A stretch of DNA of 63,935 bases, counting the filler, from Hausera hauseri (Eukaryota), in assembly GCA_046269625.1 (NCBI GenBank). It is 11 parts of 11 records of this genome, joined end to end, with 100 filler letters (N's around TTAATTAATTAA, not from the genome) between each part and the next. Parts side by side here need not be neighbours in the genome. Positions count along the whole stretch, not along the records: positions 50,073 to 54,194 come from JBJURY010747987.1; positions 54,295 to 59,619 come from JBJURY010279063.1; positions 59,720 to 63,935 come from JBJURY010695549.1; 8 more parts are not named here. One strand, given 5' to 3'. Positions 50,160 to 61,339 of the stretch are shown here, one piece after another (positions within the stretch are counted from its first letter, which is position 1; the number at the start of each line of letters is the position of its first letter). The notes under the pieces were generated by a model. The model did no database searches. It saw nothing but the letters and a program-made list of their open reading frames with translations, and was not told where the DNA came from. The position numbers were made by a program, and so were the translations under genes.

Positions 50160-53100
50160 TATGGCTGGATATTAGGTATAGCTGTCACATGGTTTAGGTC
50201 GTCTTCATCATGCTTGAGCATGTCTTTGGGAGCAAGTCGGGACATGGAAGGGTGATATTTTCTGTTAAAGTTGGGTTTCTTAAGGGTGCTGGCGGTGGTT
50301 TATGTCGTCTTCATCATACTTGAACGCATCTTTGGGAGCAAGTTGAGGCATGGAAGGGTATTATTTTTTGTTAAGATTGGGTATCTTAAGGGCACTGGCG
50401 GGTGTTTAAGTCGTCTTTATCATGTTTAGTGACATGTCTTTGGGAGAAAGTCGGGGCATGGAAGGGTAATATTTTCTGTTAAGGTTGTGTTTCTGAAGGG
50501 TACTGGCGGTTGTTTATGTTGGCTTCTTCGTTTTTAGGGACACACATGATCATGTAAGAGTAACAGTTTCTGTTAAGGTCGCGTTTTTTAAGGGTGCTGG
50601 CAGTGGTTTAGGTCGTCTTCATCATACTCGAGGACGTCTTTGGGAGCAAGTTGAGGCATGGAAGTGGGATATTTTCTGTTAAGGGCGCGATTTTTAAGGG
50701 TGCTGGTGGTGGTTTAGGTCGTTTCATCATGCTTGAGCTTGTCAGGACATGGAAGGGGGGATATTTTTTCTGTTAAAGTTGGGTATCGTAAGTGCGCTGG
50801 AGGTGCTTTAGGTCGTCTTTATCATGTTTAAGGACAGGTTGGATCATGGAAGGGGGATATTTTTCTGTTAAAATCGGGTATCTTAAGAGTGCTGGAGGTG
50901 GTTTAGGTCGTCTTCATCAGTTTTAGGGGCAAGTCGGATCCTGGAAGGGGGATATTTTCTGTTAAGGTCGCCTTTCTTAACGGTGCGGGCAGTTGTTTAG
51001 GTCGTCTTCTTCGTGTTTAGGGGCAAGGCTGGACATGGAGGGGGACATTTTCTGTTAAGATCGCGTCTCTTAAGCGTGCTGGCGGCGGTTTAGGTCATCT
51101 TCCTCATGTTTGAGCATGTCTTTGGGAGCACGTTGAGTCATGGAAGGGTGATATTTTCCTTTAAGGTCACGTTTCTTACGGGTACTTGCGGCGGGTTAGG
51201 TCGTCTTCATCATACTTGATGTCTTTGCGAGCAAGGCTGGACATGGAAGGGGGATATTTTCTATTAAGGTCGGGTTTCTTAAGAGGGCTGGAGTTGGTTT
51301 AGGTCGTCTTCATTACGTTTAGGGACATATCAGATCATGGAAGGGGGATATTTTCTGTTGAGGTCACGTTTCTTAAAGGTGCTAGCTGTTTTTAGGTCTT
51401 CTTCTTCGGGTTTATGGGCAAGGCTGGGCATGAAAGTGGGATATTTTCTGTTAAGGTCGGGTTTCTTAAGCGCGCTGGAGGTGGTTTAGATCATCTCATC
51501 TTCCTCATACTCGAGCATGTCTTTGGGAGCACGTTGAGTCATGGAAGGGGGATATTTTCTGTTAAGGTCGGGTTTCTTAATAGTGCTGGGGGTGGTTTAG
51601 GTCGTCTTCATCATGTTTAGGGGCAAGTCGGATCATGAAAGGTGGGATATTTTCTGTAAAGTTCAGGTTTCTTAAGCGTGCTGGCGGTGGTTTATGTCAT
51701 TTTCCTCATGCTTGAGCAAGTTTTTGGGAGCAAGTTGAGTCATGGAAGGGGGATGTTTTATGTTAAGGTCGCTTTTCTTTAGGGTGCTGGCGGCTGTTTA
51801 GGTCGTTTTTTCATAATTATGCACGCTTTAGGGAGCACGTGTCAGCAGTTTTCGCGTCATCAACCTGCATGGCGGCGACTATGGCATATCGGTAAATTTT
51901 CATATCGGTGACATTCCACATCTCAAGTTTTCATGGTCAGTTTTTTCACATCAGCAAATTCTCATGTCGACATCCTTCATGTCGACAATGTTCATGGCGA
52001 CAACTTTCGGGTCGACAACGTTCACATCGGCGATTTTGTCATGTCAGTGACGTTTCATGGTGGTGACTTTCTAGTCAACAACGTTCATGTCAACAGTTTT
52101 CATGTCGACAACGTTAGTGGCGACGAATTTTGTGTTGTCAACTTTCATGTTGGCGACTTTACATGTCAACAACCTTCATATCCATAACGTTCGTGTCATC
52201 AATTTTCATGTCGGCGACTATGATAGGTCGACAAATTTTTATGTTGGCATGGAACATCAGTAAGTTTTCATAGCAGCAATGTTCCACCTCTCAAGTTTTT
52301 CATGTTAGGACTTTTTTCATTGACAAGTTTTCATGTCGACAACCTTGATGTCGACAACGTTCATGTCGATGAAAACTTTCGTGTCGTCAATTTTCACGTC
52401 GGCGACTTTGGTACGTCAGTAAATTTTTATGTTGGCGTGGAATGTCAGTAAGTTTCCATAGCGGCAATGTTCCAACTCTCAAGTTTTCATCTTAGGATTT
52501 TTCTCATTGACAAGTTTTCATGTCGACAACCTTGATGTCGACATTTTTCGTGTCGACAACATTCGTGTCGTCAACTTTAATGTCAGTGAATTTGGTATGT
52601 CGGTCAGTAAAAGTACAATGGAAAAGCTGAGACATGAAAGATACCGATATGAAAACTTGAGACGTGGAACACTGCCAACATAAAAACTTACTGACATACC
52701 AAAGTCGCTGACATTGAAGTTGATGACATGGATGTTGTCGACACGAAAATTGTCGACATCAAGGTTGTCGACAAGCAAACTTGTCAATGTGAAAAATCCT
52801 AACATGAAAACTTGACAGTTGGAACATTGCCACTATGAAAACTTACTGACATTCCACGCCGACATAAACATTTACTGAAATACCGAAGTCGCCAACGTGA
52901 AAATTGATGACACGAAAGTTGTCATCAACATGAACGTTGTCCACATCAAGGTTGTACACATGAAAACTTGTCAATGTGAACAGTCCTAACATGAAAAACT
53001 TGAGAGGAAGAACATTGCTGCTATGAAGACTTGCTGGCATTCCACGCTGACATAAAAATTTACTGACATACCATAGTCACTGACGTGAACGTTGTCGACC

Positions 53101-54117
53101 CGAAAGTTGTGGCTCTGAACATTCTCAACATGAAGGATGTCGAGATGAGAATTTGCCAATGTGAAAAAATCCTACTATGAGAACTTGTGATGTAGAACGT
53201 CACCGATATGAATATTTATCGACATGCCAAAGTTGATGCGATGCAGGTTGATGACGCGAAAACTGCTGATACGTTCTCCCTAAAGCATGCATAATCCTGA
53301 AAAAGATGACCTAAACAACCGCCAGTACCCATAAGAAAAACTACCTTAACAGAAAATACCCTGCCCCTTCCATGTCCAGCCTTGCCCTAAACTTGAGGAA
53401 GACGACCTAAACCACCGCCAGCTCCCTTAAGAAACGCGATTTTAACAGAAAAAATACCCCCCCCCCCCCTTCCATGATCCGACATGTCCCTAAACATGAA
53501 TAAGACGACCTAAACCACATCCAGCCCTCTTAAGAAACCCGACCTTAACAGAAAATATCCATCTTCCGTGACTCAACCCAAAGACATGCTCAAGCATGAG
53601 GAAGATGACCTAAACCACCGCCAACACGCTTAAGAAACCCGATCTTAACAGAAAATGTTACTCTTACATGATCCGACATGTCCCTAAATAACCGCCAGTA
53701 CTCTTAAGAAACACGACTTTAACAGAAAATATGACCTTCCATGCCCCGACTTTCTCCCAAAGACATGTCCTTAAACATGATGAAGACGACCTAAACGATC
53801 GCCAGTGCCCTTAAGATACCCAATCGTAACAAAAAATATGACCCTTCCATGCCTCAACTTGCTCCCATTGACGTGTTCATGTATGATGAAGACGATCTAA
53901 ACCACTGCCAGCACCCTTAAGAAACCCAACTTTAACAGAAAATATCCCCCATCCATGTCCCGACTTGCTCCTAAAGACATGCCCCTAAATATGATGAAGA
54001 CGACCTAAACCACCTAAACCACCACCAAAACCCTTAAGAAACGCGACCTTAACAGAAAATTTGACCCTTCCTTGACCCGTTTACGACATGGCACATGATG
54101 ATACTTAGACCTAACAC
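50160..54117. repeat. Large imperfect inverted repeat (foldback) of the same repeat family, centre ~52611-52630
   Basis: ~76-89-bp units and 15-bp units on + (50160-52610) are mirrored on - (52630-54117). Confidence 0.88.
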
Positions 54118-54194
54118 GTGTGGTAGGAATGAGAGACGAGGCAAATAAGTAAAGAGAAATAAATAAAACAAGTAAGGAAAAGTAAAGAGATCAG
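54118..54194 (+). mobile_element. 5' end of an LTR inserted into the repeat arm
   Basis: Identical to 36594-36670. Confidence 0.85.
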
Positions 54195-55567
54195 NNNNNN
54201 NNNNNNNNNNNNNNNNNNNNNNNNNNNNNNNNNNNNNNTTAATTAATTAANNNNNNNNNNNNNNNNNNNNNNNNNNNNNNNNNNNNNNNNNNNNTGTCTT
54301 CATGTAAATATGTTTTATGCTATTTGTGAGTTGATAAATTTACGTTTGTATAACTTTATTGTTCATACATTAAACAGATTATATTTTTAGAATTCCGTGT
54401 TGGTGAATAATTAATTACAATAATTAAATAAGCGCATAATAAAATTGGATAAATTGGTCGACCAGGTCAAAACTACCTGACGACCGTCCGAGTAATAATA
54501 AATAATTCAATAAAATAATAAACATTAGCAAGTAATTGGTAAATAATAGCAGACGCGTCACACATTACTTACTGATTTCTAGGTAAGAAATTAAATTCCA
54601 TCTCTATCAAAAACCTTCTTAACGAATAGATAAAGATAAAAATTTCATTTGTTCTCCATTAATTAACTAGAACCAAATCTCTTCAAGACAATTAGTGGAC
54701 ATTCAACATTAAATGCCGAGACTGTGTTCAATCCTCGTAAATTTAAGATGTGAGAGACTTATCAACGTGGCGTGAAACGTAAATAAATCTACGGAGAGAA
54801 CAAAATTAATCGTCTTTACTGAGGCGCGCTTAGGTAGGAATGCGGAGAGAGATAACGTCAACCTTACCTAACTATATTGTCAGTAATGTGTCGGGGTCGT
54901 TCGTAGGTTAGTTAACAATTACTTACTAATGGTTATACTCCTATACTTTATTGAAATTTAGTTGGGCCGCCGACAAGTAGGGGACCTGGTCGACTATTCC
55001 TTTAGTTAGTCTTTATTTAATTAGACTCTTTACTTGAAAGACAACAAGAACGGATGATGATCAAAAACAATATGTAATTAAAACAAATGCGATACGTTTA
55101 TAAATGTTGATCATGAAAATACTGACAATTATTATACGTTATAAGACTTTACCACACAAACACAAAAGAATGAAAAATATAACTTACAGTAATTCTGATT
55201 ACACGTAGCACGAAAATAGTTTTTTGTTGTTGTACATGAAAAATGAGCAGCTATATATAGTGTAATTTCCATGTGCAGGGTCCAAAGAAAATAGGTCGAA
55301 TTGACCCAAAAATAATGGTGCACTTCAATAAATTCCGTTTATGATACATAAAAAAATAAAACACAATTTTTCACATAAATTAATAACTGGCAGATAATGT
55401 TATGGTTATTTTTAAATGGTCAGCATAATCAATTTGACCATTTATTTTTAGCTGATCACGATTTTCACATAAGTCAATAATATGAGTTCAGGGTTCAAAA
55501 TTTGTTCAATATTTGTCATCGAAATTGGTAAATCGGTCAATTGATGAGGGGCCGAAAGAAATTGCCC

Positions 55568-56787
55568 CTAATTTCCATTTAACGAACGGTAAATTGTTTT
55601 GCCGGACTGGGATTTATATCTAAGGGCGTCAGGGGTATAGATCTCCCCATCCATGAGAACTTCTTCGTCGATTTCTAACTTTCGTTTCTTTGAGACTGCA
55701 TCGTGTGGTCTTTTTAAGACATTATCAGAAACCGTGGCTTCGTCGATTATGTCGTCATTCCAACGTAAGGTTTTGTAGATGGCTTAGTAACATTGTGCCA
55801 AGGCCATGCTGCGGAGTGGCATATTACGAGTGTCGTAAAACTTTCGTGCCAACTCTTTGGAATTTCCAATTTATACTTCGGAATAACCTCTTCGTGATAT
55901 AATATATCACGAATTCCGGCTATTCTACGAAGTGGACATTTGAGATGATTCTGTATCATCTCAAGCACACCGGCTCCGATCACCATCTTGTCATTTAATA
56001 TGGCGGAGATCTTTTGGTAGAAGGTGTTAGAATCCATCTGGTTGGTTGTATTTGCTTCCGCGATTCCTGTCATGTGGGAGTCATAGTTATTAATTCTTTG
56101 TCTGGGAGTTATTATTGAGTAGAATAAGGTATCACCATCAACGTTAATAATTGAACATTCGATAGGAGTTAACTGATTAAACTGGTCGTAAACTAAACTG
56201 ACTGCCACTATGACCATATCTTCATTATTGAGAGTTTTCATCCGTCGGTAGGACTTTTCTTTATATTTTAGATAATCTGGCTCAACCAGATTAAAGCATT
56301 TTCCTTGTATTGGGGTAGACCAGTAATTTTCTTCCTTGATCACCTCGACTCCGATCATAATTCGATTATCCAAAGAACGAATCTTTAGAGAGTTTCTTTT
56401 AACAAATTTAAATTCCAGAGAAATGCCATGGTTCGGATCCAGATTGATTAGATCACCATACTGTTTGGTTCTAGAATCTTTTGTTTTGACCTGAAATCGA
56501 CCGATAATATCATAAATATTAATGTTTATGAATTTGTCAGGTAACTTTATTAAGTCCGATAAGAAAAAGGAGGTCCCTTTTGTCAATTGAATAAGAGCCA
56601 ATGTTCTATTGCTCATACTATACCCTTTTAGGTTGTTGGGTATCTGCTGTACCTGGGAATAGTTAAGGCTGTATGTATTGTTATTCATGATCACGTAGTA
56701 TGGATTGGAAGGGTTGGCATTTATCAAGTGATTTTTCGCATTGTCATACCAATACTTGCTTCTCTGTAGAGTTTGTATTTCGAACAT
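55568..56787 (-). pseudogene. Accessory ORF: unknown N-domain, degenerate REX4/ISG20-like DEDDh exonuclease, acidic NLS tail
   Basis: ECSIINVDGDTLFYSIITPRQRINNYDSHMTGI, ILNDKMVIG, IRDI; after a frameshift near 55860 KELARKFY..RSMALAQCY*AIYK..KRPHDAVSKKRKLE. Confidence 0.72.
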
Positions 56788-56974
56788 AACTTAAAATATA
56801 ATAATCAACATTGATTGATTTGAAAATCTTAAACGCAACACAACGGTTATCAAACATGGTTTATTGGTAATCGTCGTGGTAGTACAATTATTGTTTTGCT
56901 TAGAGGTAACTTTATGACATTTAGTTATCTCATTTAGAAGGGTTGCGTAAACCGCAATCCCTAGTGGTAATTGT

Positions 56975-58380
56975 CAACTTGGATTATCTGTATCCAAGAC
57001 ATTTGGTATACGTCGCATGTCTATTCGAACCCAATTTGGTCTGCGACGTTTCCTCATACTCATAATCATTTTTATAATGAGGGCTAATATAATTATGAAA
57101 ATTATGGGGCTTACTGTACTGATTATAATTAATTCTAATGGAGAATAGGTATAACGTGACCTTGGTAGAGGTGGATTTCTACTCGGTTTTGTACTTATTT
57201 TATTTTCTACTCTGTTGTATTTTGGCTTTTGTCGAAGCTGTTAATAATTTAGTAGAGACCATCGCGTTATCATCACTATATAGTTGTAATGTAACTATAT
57301 ATTTAGAATTTGGGCTTAAATCTGCACATGGTACTATAGCATCATCGGGCGTAATTATACCTTTGGCTACAATCCTTTGGCCTAGTTTACAAGCAAATTT
57401 AACTTTATAAAAATTTAAATCGGATTGAATAGCTATAACTAGGGAGGTCTACGTAGAATATATTGTGGCTTTTTCTAAGATAGAACGTTTATAACGATGG
57501 GATAGTGCATGAGGTTGGATAAGAACAGTCATTTCTCCGGCATTTATTTCTGTTTTATTAAATAATGTAGATATCGCAAGTGGTGTCGTGACACTTAATT
57601 TCTGGTCATCTTCATATTCAATGACATTTTTGAATGGAACATATGTTCTGGGTCCTTGGTAAGTTAAAATTTTGATGCTCTCTAATTCCTTGCGTACTAG
57701 CACAAATTTCAAGTCGTAGGTGCTTCCTCGTAAGGCGTTACAACAAACTCGGAGATGTTTATCATTCAATTGACATTTTATGGGTGTCTTTTGCTTCTTG
57801 TGAACATCAGTAAGTGTTATACATATCACTCTATTCTCTTTCAGTTCTATCATTGTTTTAACTTCGATACAAGTTCGTCCGCTTTTAAATTCTAGCGGCC
57901 TAACGGTGACTTGAGTTACTATTATCTCATCGAGTTTGGTTACGTTTATTGTTTGTCTATTAGGAACTTGTATGATACCTCGGCACTTGGTATATTGCCA
58001 CTGATAACTGCTTTTATGCCTTTTGATCATGGTATAGTATATGAGGCAATTACCAGAATCGTCTACTACACAATCTGTTACGTTTCACCAATACGTAAGA
58101 CCGCAATCATACTTTCGTTGTTTCGGGTTTCTTTCGTAATCATGCTCGTGGATTGCCTGAATTTCTATCATATACTGGTTGGGTAGTCTGTTAAATACCA
58201 TAAATCTGATACATCTTTGGCCTTTCTTCGTATGGGTTATCTCATGATAGACATTTTGCTTCTAACTGTTTTCTAATGTTTCATTTGAAGGGAATGTTTT
58301 CATCCATGGGTCAAATGATTTTGTCGTTTGGGTGAATAGGCCAGGTATTCCTATGAGGACCAATAAGCAAAACCACCCAA
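56975..58380 (-). pseudogene. Type-I membrane protein with FN3-like domains in the env position (3 stops, 2 frameshifts)
   Basis: Signal WFCLLVLIGIPGLFTQT; RYKR furin site; ST*TSLVI...CADLSPNSKYIVTLQ FN3 pattern; TM LELIIISTVSPIIFIIILALIIKMIMSM then RKRRR. Confidence 0.65.
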
Positions 58381-59340
58381 TGACTTCGCAATTTGGAGTT
58401 TTATAACTTTTCTTTTTATCACTGATGGCCCGTACTAACTCCTGTTCGTCATTTCTCAATTCGCTCTCCTTGGGTGCCGGTTTGCACCTGTTAACATGTA
58501 CTTTATTTTGTGTATTGTTTTTCTTTAATACCTGGATGAGCATTCGTCTTTCTTCATTAGATATATTACAATCTCGTAAATTTTCCTCCCAATTAATGCG
58601 AATAATTTTCTTATCTTTATTTATTTTTCCTTTCAATTTCTTCGCCATTAATTTCTCGATCTCCTCTACTTCCGAGATTATTGAGTTAATCGTTTCCTTC
58701 GGTATTTCTTCGACATCCATGGCTTGCCCTAATCTCATATTTCTCTTCAACCACTTCTCCTTGGCTCCCGTATTACAAATTCTTAAGTGAATCTTTCCAT
58801 CTCTTACCTTGTCTATGTGTGGTGCGATTAGAATATTGTATTTCTCCATTATCTGTGGGAATGGTTCAAAATGTACATGGTTCATCAAAGATGTATAATT
58901 TATTCTACCGGGTACTACTATCTCAGAACGTGGTGGAATCAAGACATTTTAATTAATGACACTGATCCTTCATATCGATTTTCAAATGTTTTGAGCTGGC
59001 CACTTTTGACATCTATGTACATGTTATCCAATTGCTGTAATACGTAACATTCGATTAATATTTCGAAGTTAAGTTCTTGGCCACTCTTATGATATGGTTT
59101 ATTATCTGGTCACGAATTTTAATTTTCGCATCCAAGACTGTTTTTATCTCTTCCTCCATACCGAACGCTCCAACGTTAATTAACGTTCCTTCCGGCTTTC
59201 GTAATTTTTTATTAATTCTTTAGGCAATTGACTTTTTCCCATAATTGTAGTAATGGATCCCGTGTCTATTAAAGCTGTTAAGGGATATCCATCTACTTCA
59301 ATCTCTATTTCCAGTCTGAGTACCAGCTGGGGTCCGTTCT
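58380..59340 (-). pseudogene. pol: Gypsy pol remnant: protease and linker joined directly to integrase C-terminus
   Basis: LEIEIEVDGYPLTALIDTGSITTIM; IPPRSEIVV..LRICN..LG; ERRMLIQVLKKN then KVHVNRCKP. Confidence 0.78.
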
Positions 59341-60769
59341 TCTCGTTTGTTTTACACGTAGTCTTACGACTATATAATGCGGGATTTTCTTCGTAATCCC
59401 TCTTTAAACGTAGTACTTAATACGTGAGGTACATTCCTCCATGTTGTACATATTGGAGAGCGACGGACATAGTATTTGTTCGTTATAGATTTGTCCGTTA
59501 TATTCATCTGCCGGATCTAACTGAAATAAGTCAGTAACCAATTTCCGTTTATACTTCTGTTTCTGATATCTTAAGGAAATTCTTCTAAATTTTGTTAAAT
59601 ATCTATCGCTTCTCCGTTTNNNNNNNNNNNNNNNNNNNNNNNNNNNNNNNNNNNNNNNNNNNNTTAATTAATTAANNNNNNNNNNNNNNNNNNNNNNNNN
59701 NNNNNNNNNNNNNNNNNNNTTGTACCCGCATTGTTCCATGTTTTGTTTTATTTACTTAAAGAAATATAGTTTTGTCTGTTTAGTTATAATACTTTGCACC
59801 TATTGAAAATATATTTAACACATTTTTATAACATTAATAGTCCATCTCACTGAGTTCTTTTTTTGGGTGGGGGTGGGAGTGGAAACACAAAATATGCGGG
59901 GAGGTCACCAATTAAATTTCATGTTTCGGTTCTGATAGTTACGTGCCCTTTACTCGGTTCTGATATTCGGATATATCCGGCTCCTTCTAGGTGGGTTCCT
60001 TCGAAGTGAGTACTCGGTTCTGTTCGGATCCTCCAAAACCGAGTATTTGCCCAGGTCTAGTGTTCACTGTTAACATAACAAATTTCCAAGATAACCAATT
60101 TGTAGTAATCTTTCATAAACTTTTTTATATGTAGATATCTTAAAAAGCGTTGGTTGTGTTCATTTAGGAAAATAATGTTACATCTTCTATAAAATGTCAG
60201 CTGTTAAAATAATATCAGCATTTTTAGTACAATTTGATATGTTCTCTGTAATATTTTAGAAATGTTTGTGATTGCTCAGTTCTTAATGAATAACAGAGCT
60301 TTGAACCTTTAGTAAAAATATTACACATTGTGCCCCTTGGGACGAAAAAAAGAAGTAAATTGCCTCCCTTATAATCAAAATAAATTGTTGTCTCCATTAC
60401 TTGAGTTGCTAGCCAGTTCTTGTAACAGATTCCGTCTATTCACAATCATATATGTTCTTCGCTGTTTTACTACGTTCATTGGGCTCCTTGTTGAACTGTC
60501 AAAATAGGTTCCGTATGCATATGAGACAGAGCAACGGTATACCATTTGGGGTTAAAGCTGCAGGGGCCGTCACCTGGGGCTTAGTATTTCTAGGGGGTCA
60601 AACTTTCAAAACATACAACTTAAAACAAAATTAGAAATGGCTCAGATGTAACAGAGCCGTACGGTAACAGGATGATGATGAGGAGCGAGCGCAGAAGAAG
60701 AAGAAATGAAAGCACACACTGAAGAGTAAAGACTACACAGAGAATAAAATATAACTCATACGACTGCAT

Positions 60770-60937
60770 GGGGTCCGCGGTGGCATAGTGGTTACAGCAC
60801 TCTCTGCCGATCGTGTGGCCTGGGTTCAATCCCAGATGTGGGCATTGGATTTTTTTCGACCAAAACGGGTCCAGGGCCCACCCAGCCTCAATGATGGTTA
60901 CCTGAGAAATTCTCTGGGAAAGTAAAGATGGCGTAGC
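60770..60937 (+). mobile_element. tRNA-derived SINE (Deu/Nin-like central domain)
   Basis: A box TGGCATAGTGG, B box GGTTCAATCCC, then CCACCCAGCC..ATGGTTACCTG..GGGAAAGTAAAGATGGC. Confidence 0.7.
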
Positions 60938-60938
60938 G

Positions 60939-61310
60939 TTAGTAGTGTATGAGCCGCAAAACGGTTATTAAAACTGGATGAAGGAATGGATGAGGTATAT
61001 ACCGTATATAAGAAAAAACCTGGATGGGGGGTGGATGAGGCTGGATGAGTATCCAGTCGGGGTAAGGGGGAGATAACTCTTTTGTGAAATTTTGTAAGGG
61101 GAGATAAATCTTGTATATTCTGTTTTTTAATTGGGTAATTAAGTGTAAGGGAGGGGTAAAAGGAGATAATTTATGGATAAAGGGGACCCGTTTTCCCTCT
61201 CCTACACTACTAGTTGGAGGTGCATAATTGCGCAAGTTACTGATTGTTTTTTCTTGTAGCAAGTGTGTCAATACTTGATAGGGGGCTTAATTGAGCTAGA
61301 CAAGTGGTCG
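60939..61310 (-). pseudogene. Possible decayed non-LTR retrotransposon fragment
   Basis: Pro-rich PPYPDW segment resembling the RT-RNase H linker of I-clade LINEs; weak. Confidence 0.25.
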
Positions 61311-61339
61311 TTTGGGCCCATTGTGGCCTCTTCTTCTTC

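Larger units (their letters stand above)
54456..59619 (-). mobile_element. Internally deleted gypsy-like LTR retrotransposon with two accessory genes
   Basis: Protease ALIDTGS (DTGS codons at 59255-59266), post-protease linker fused to IN tail VHVNRCKP, membrane-protein ORF, DEDDh-like ORF, candidate LTR 54456-54995. Confidence 0.72.

Noticed and set aside
52611-52630. Foldback as a phi29/MDA inversion chimera
   Set aside because: The arms differ substantially in sequence and unit number, whereas amplification chimeras give near-identical arms; not fully excluded without reads
49430-53040. Pentapeptide-repeat ORFs (MSTTF / HVDNV)
   Set aside because: Translations of the 15-bp DNA repeat, frequently frameshifted and present on both strands
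47540-54117. CRISPR-like array
   Set aside because: Units are degenerate tandem copies without unique spacers; no cas genes; eukaryotic context
55747-56787. Host REXO4/ISG20 gene
   Set aside because: Lacks catalytic residues, has an unrelated N-terminus, is intronless and lies in retroelement context
14088-59719. Functional clustering of mtDNA, ERV, Polinton and retrotransposons
   Set aside because: Adjacency is created by artificial linkers; only shared sequence, not order, links contigs
59940-60062. Helitron 3' end (hairpin TACTCGGTT..AACCGAGTA then CTAG)
   Set aside because: Equally consistent with one end of a small TIR element; no matching other end in the contig
60770-60845. Functional nuclear tRNA gene
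   Set aside because: A and B boxes are present but there is no proper anticodon or acceptor stem, and it continues into a SINE body
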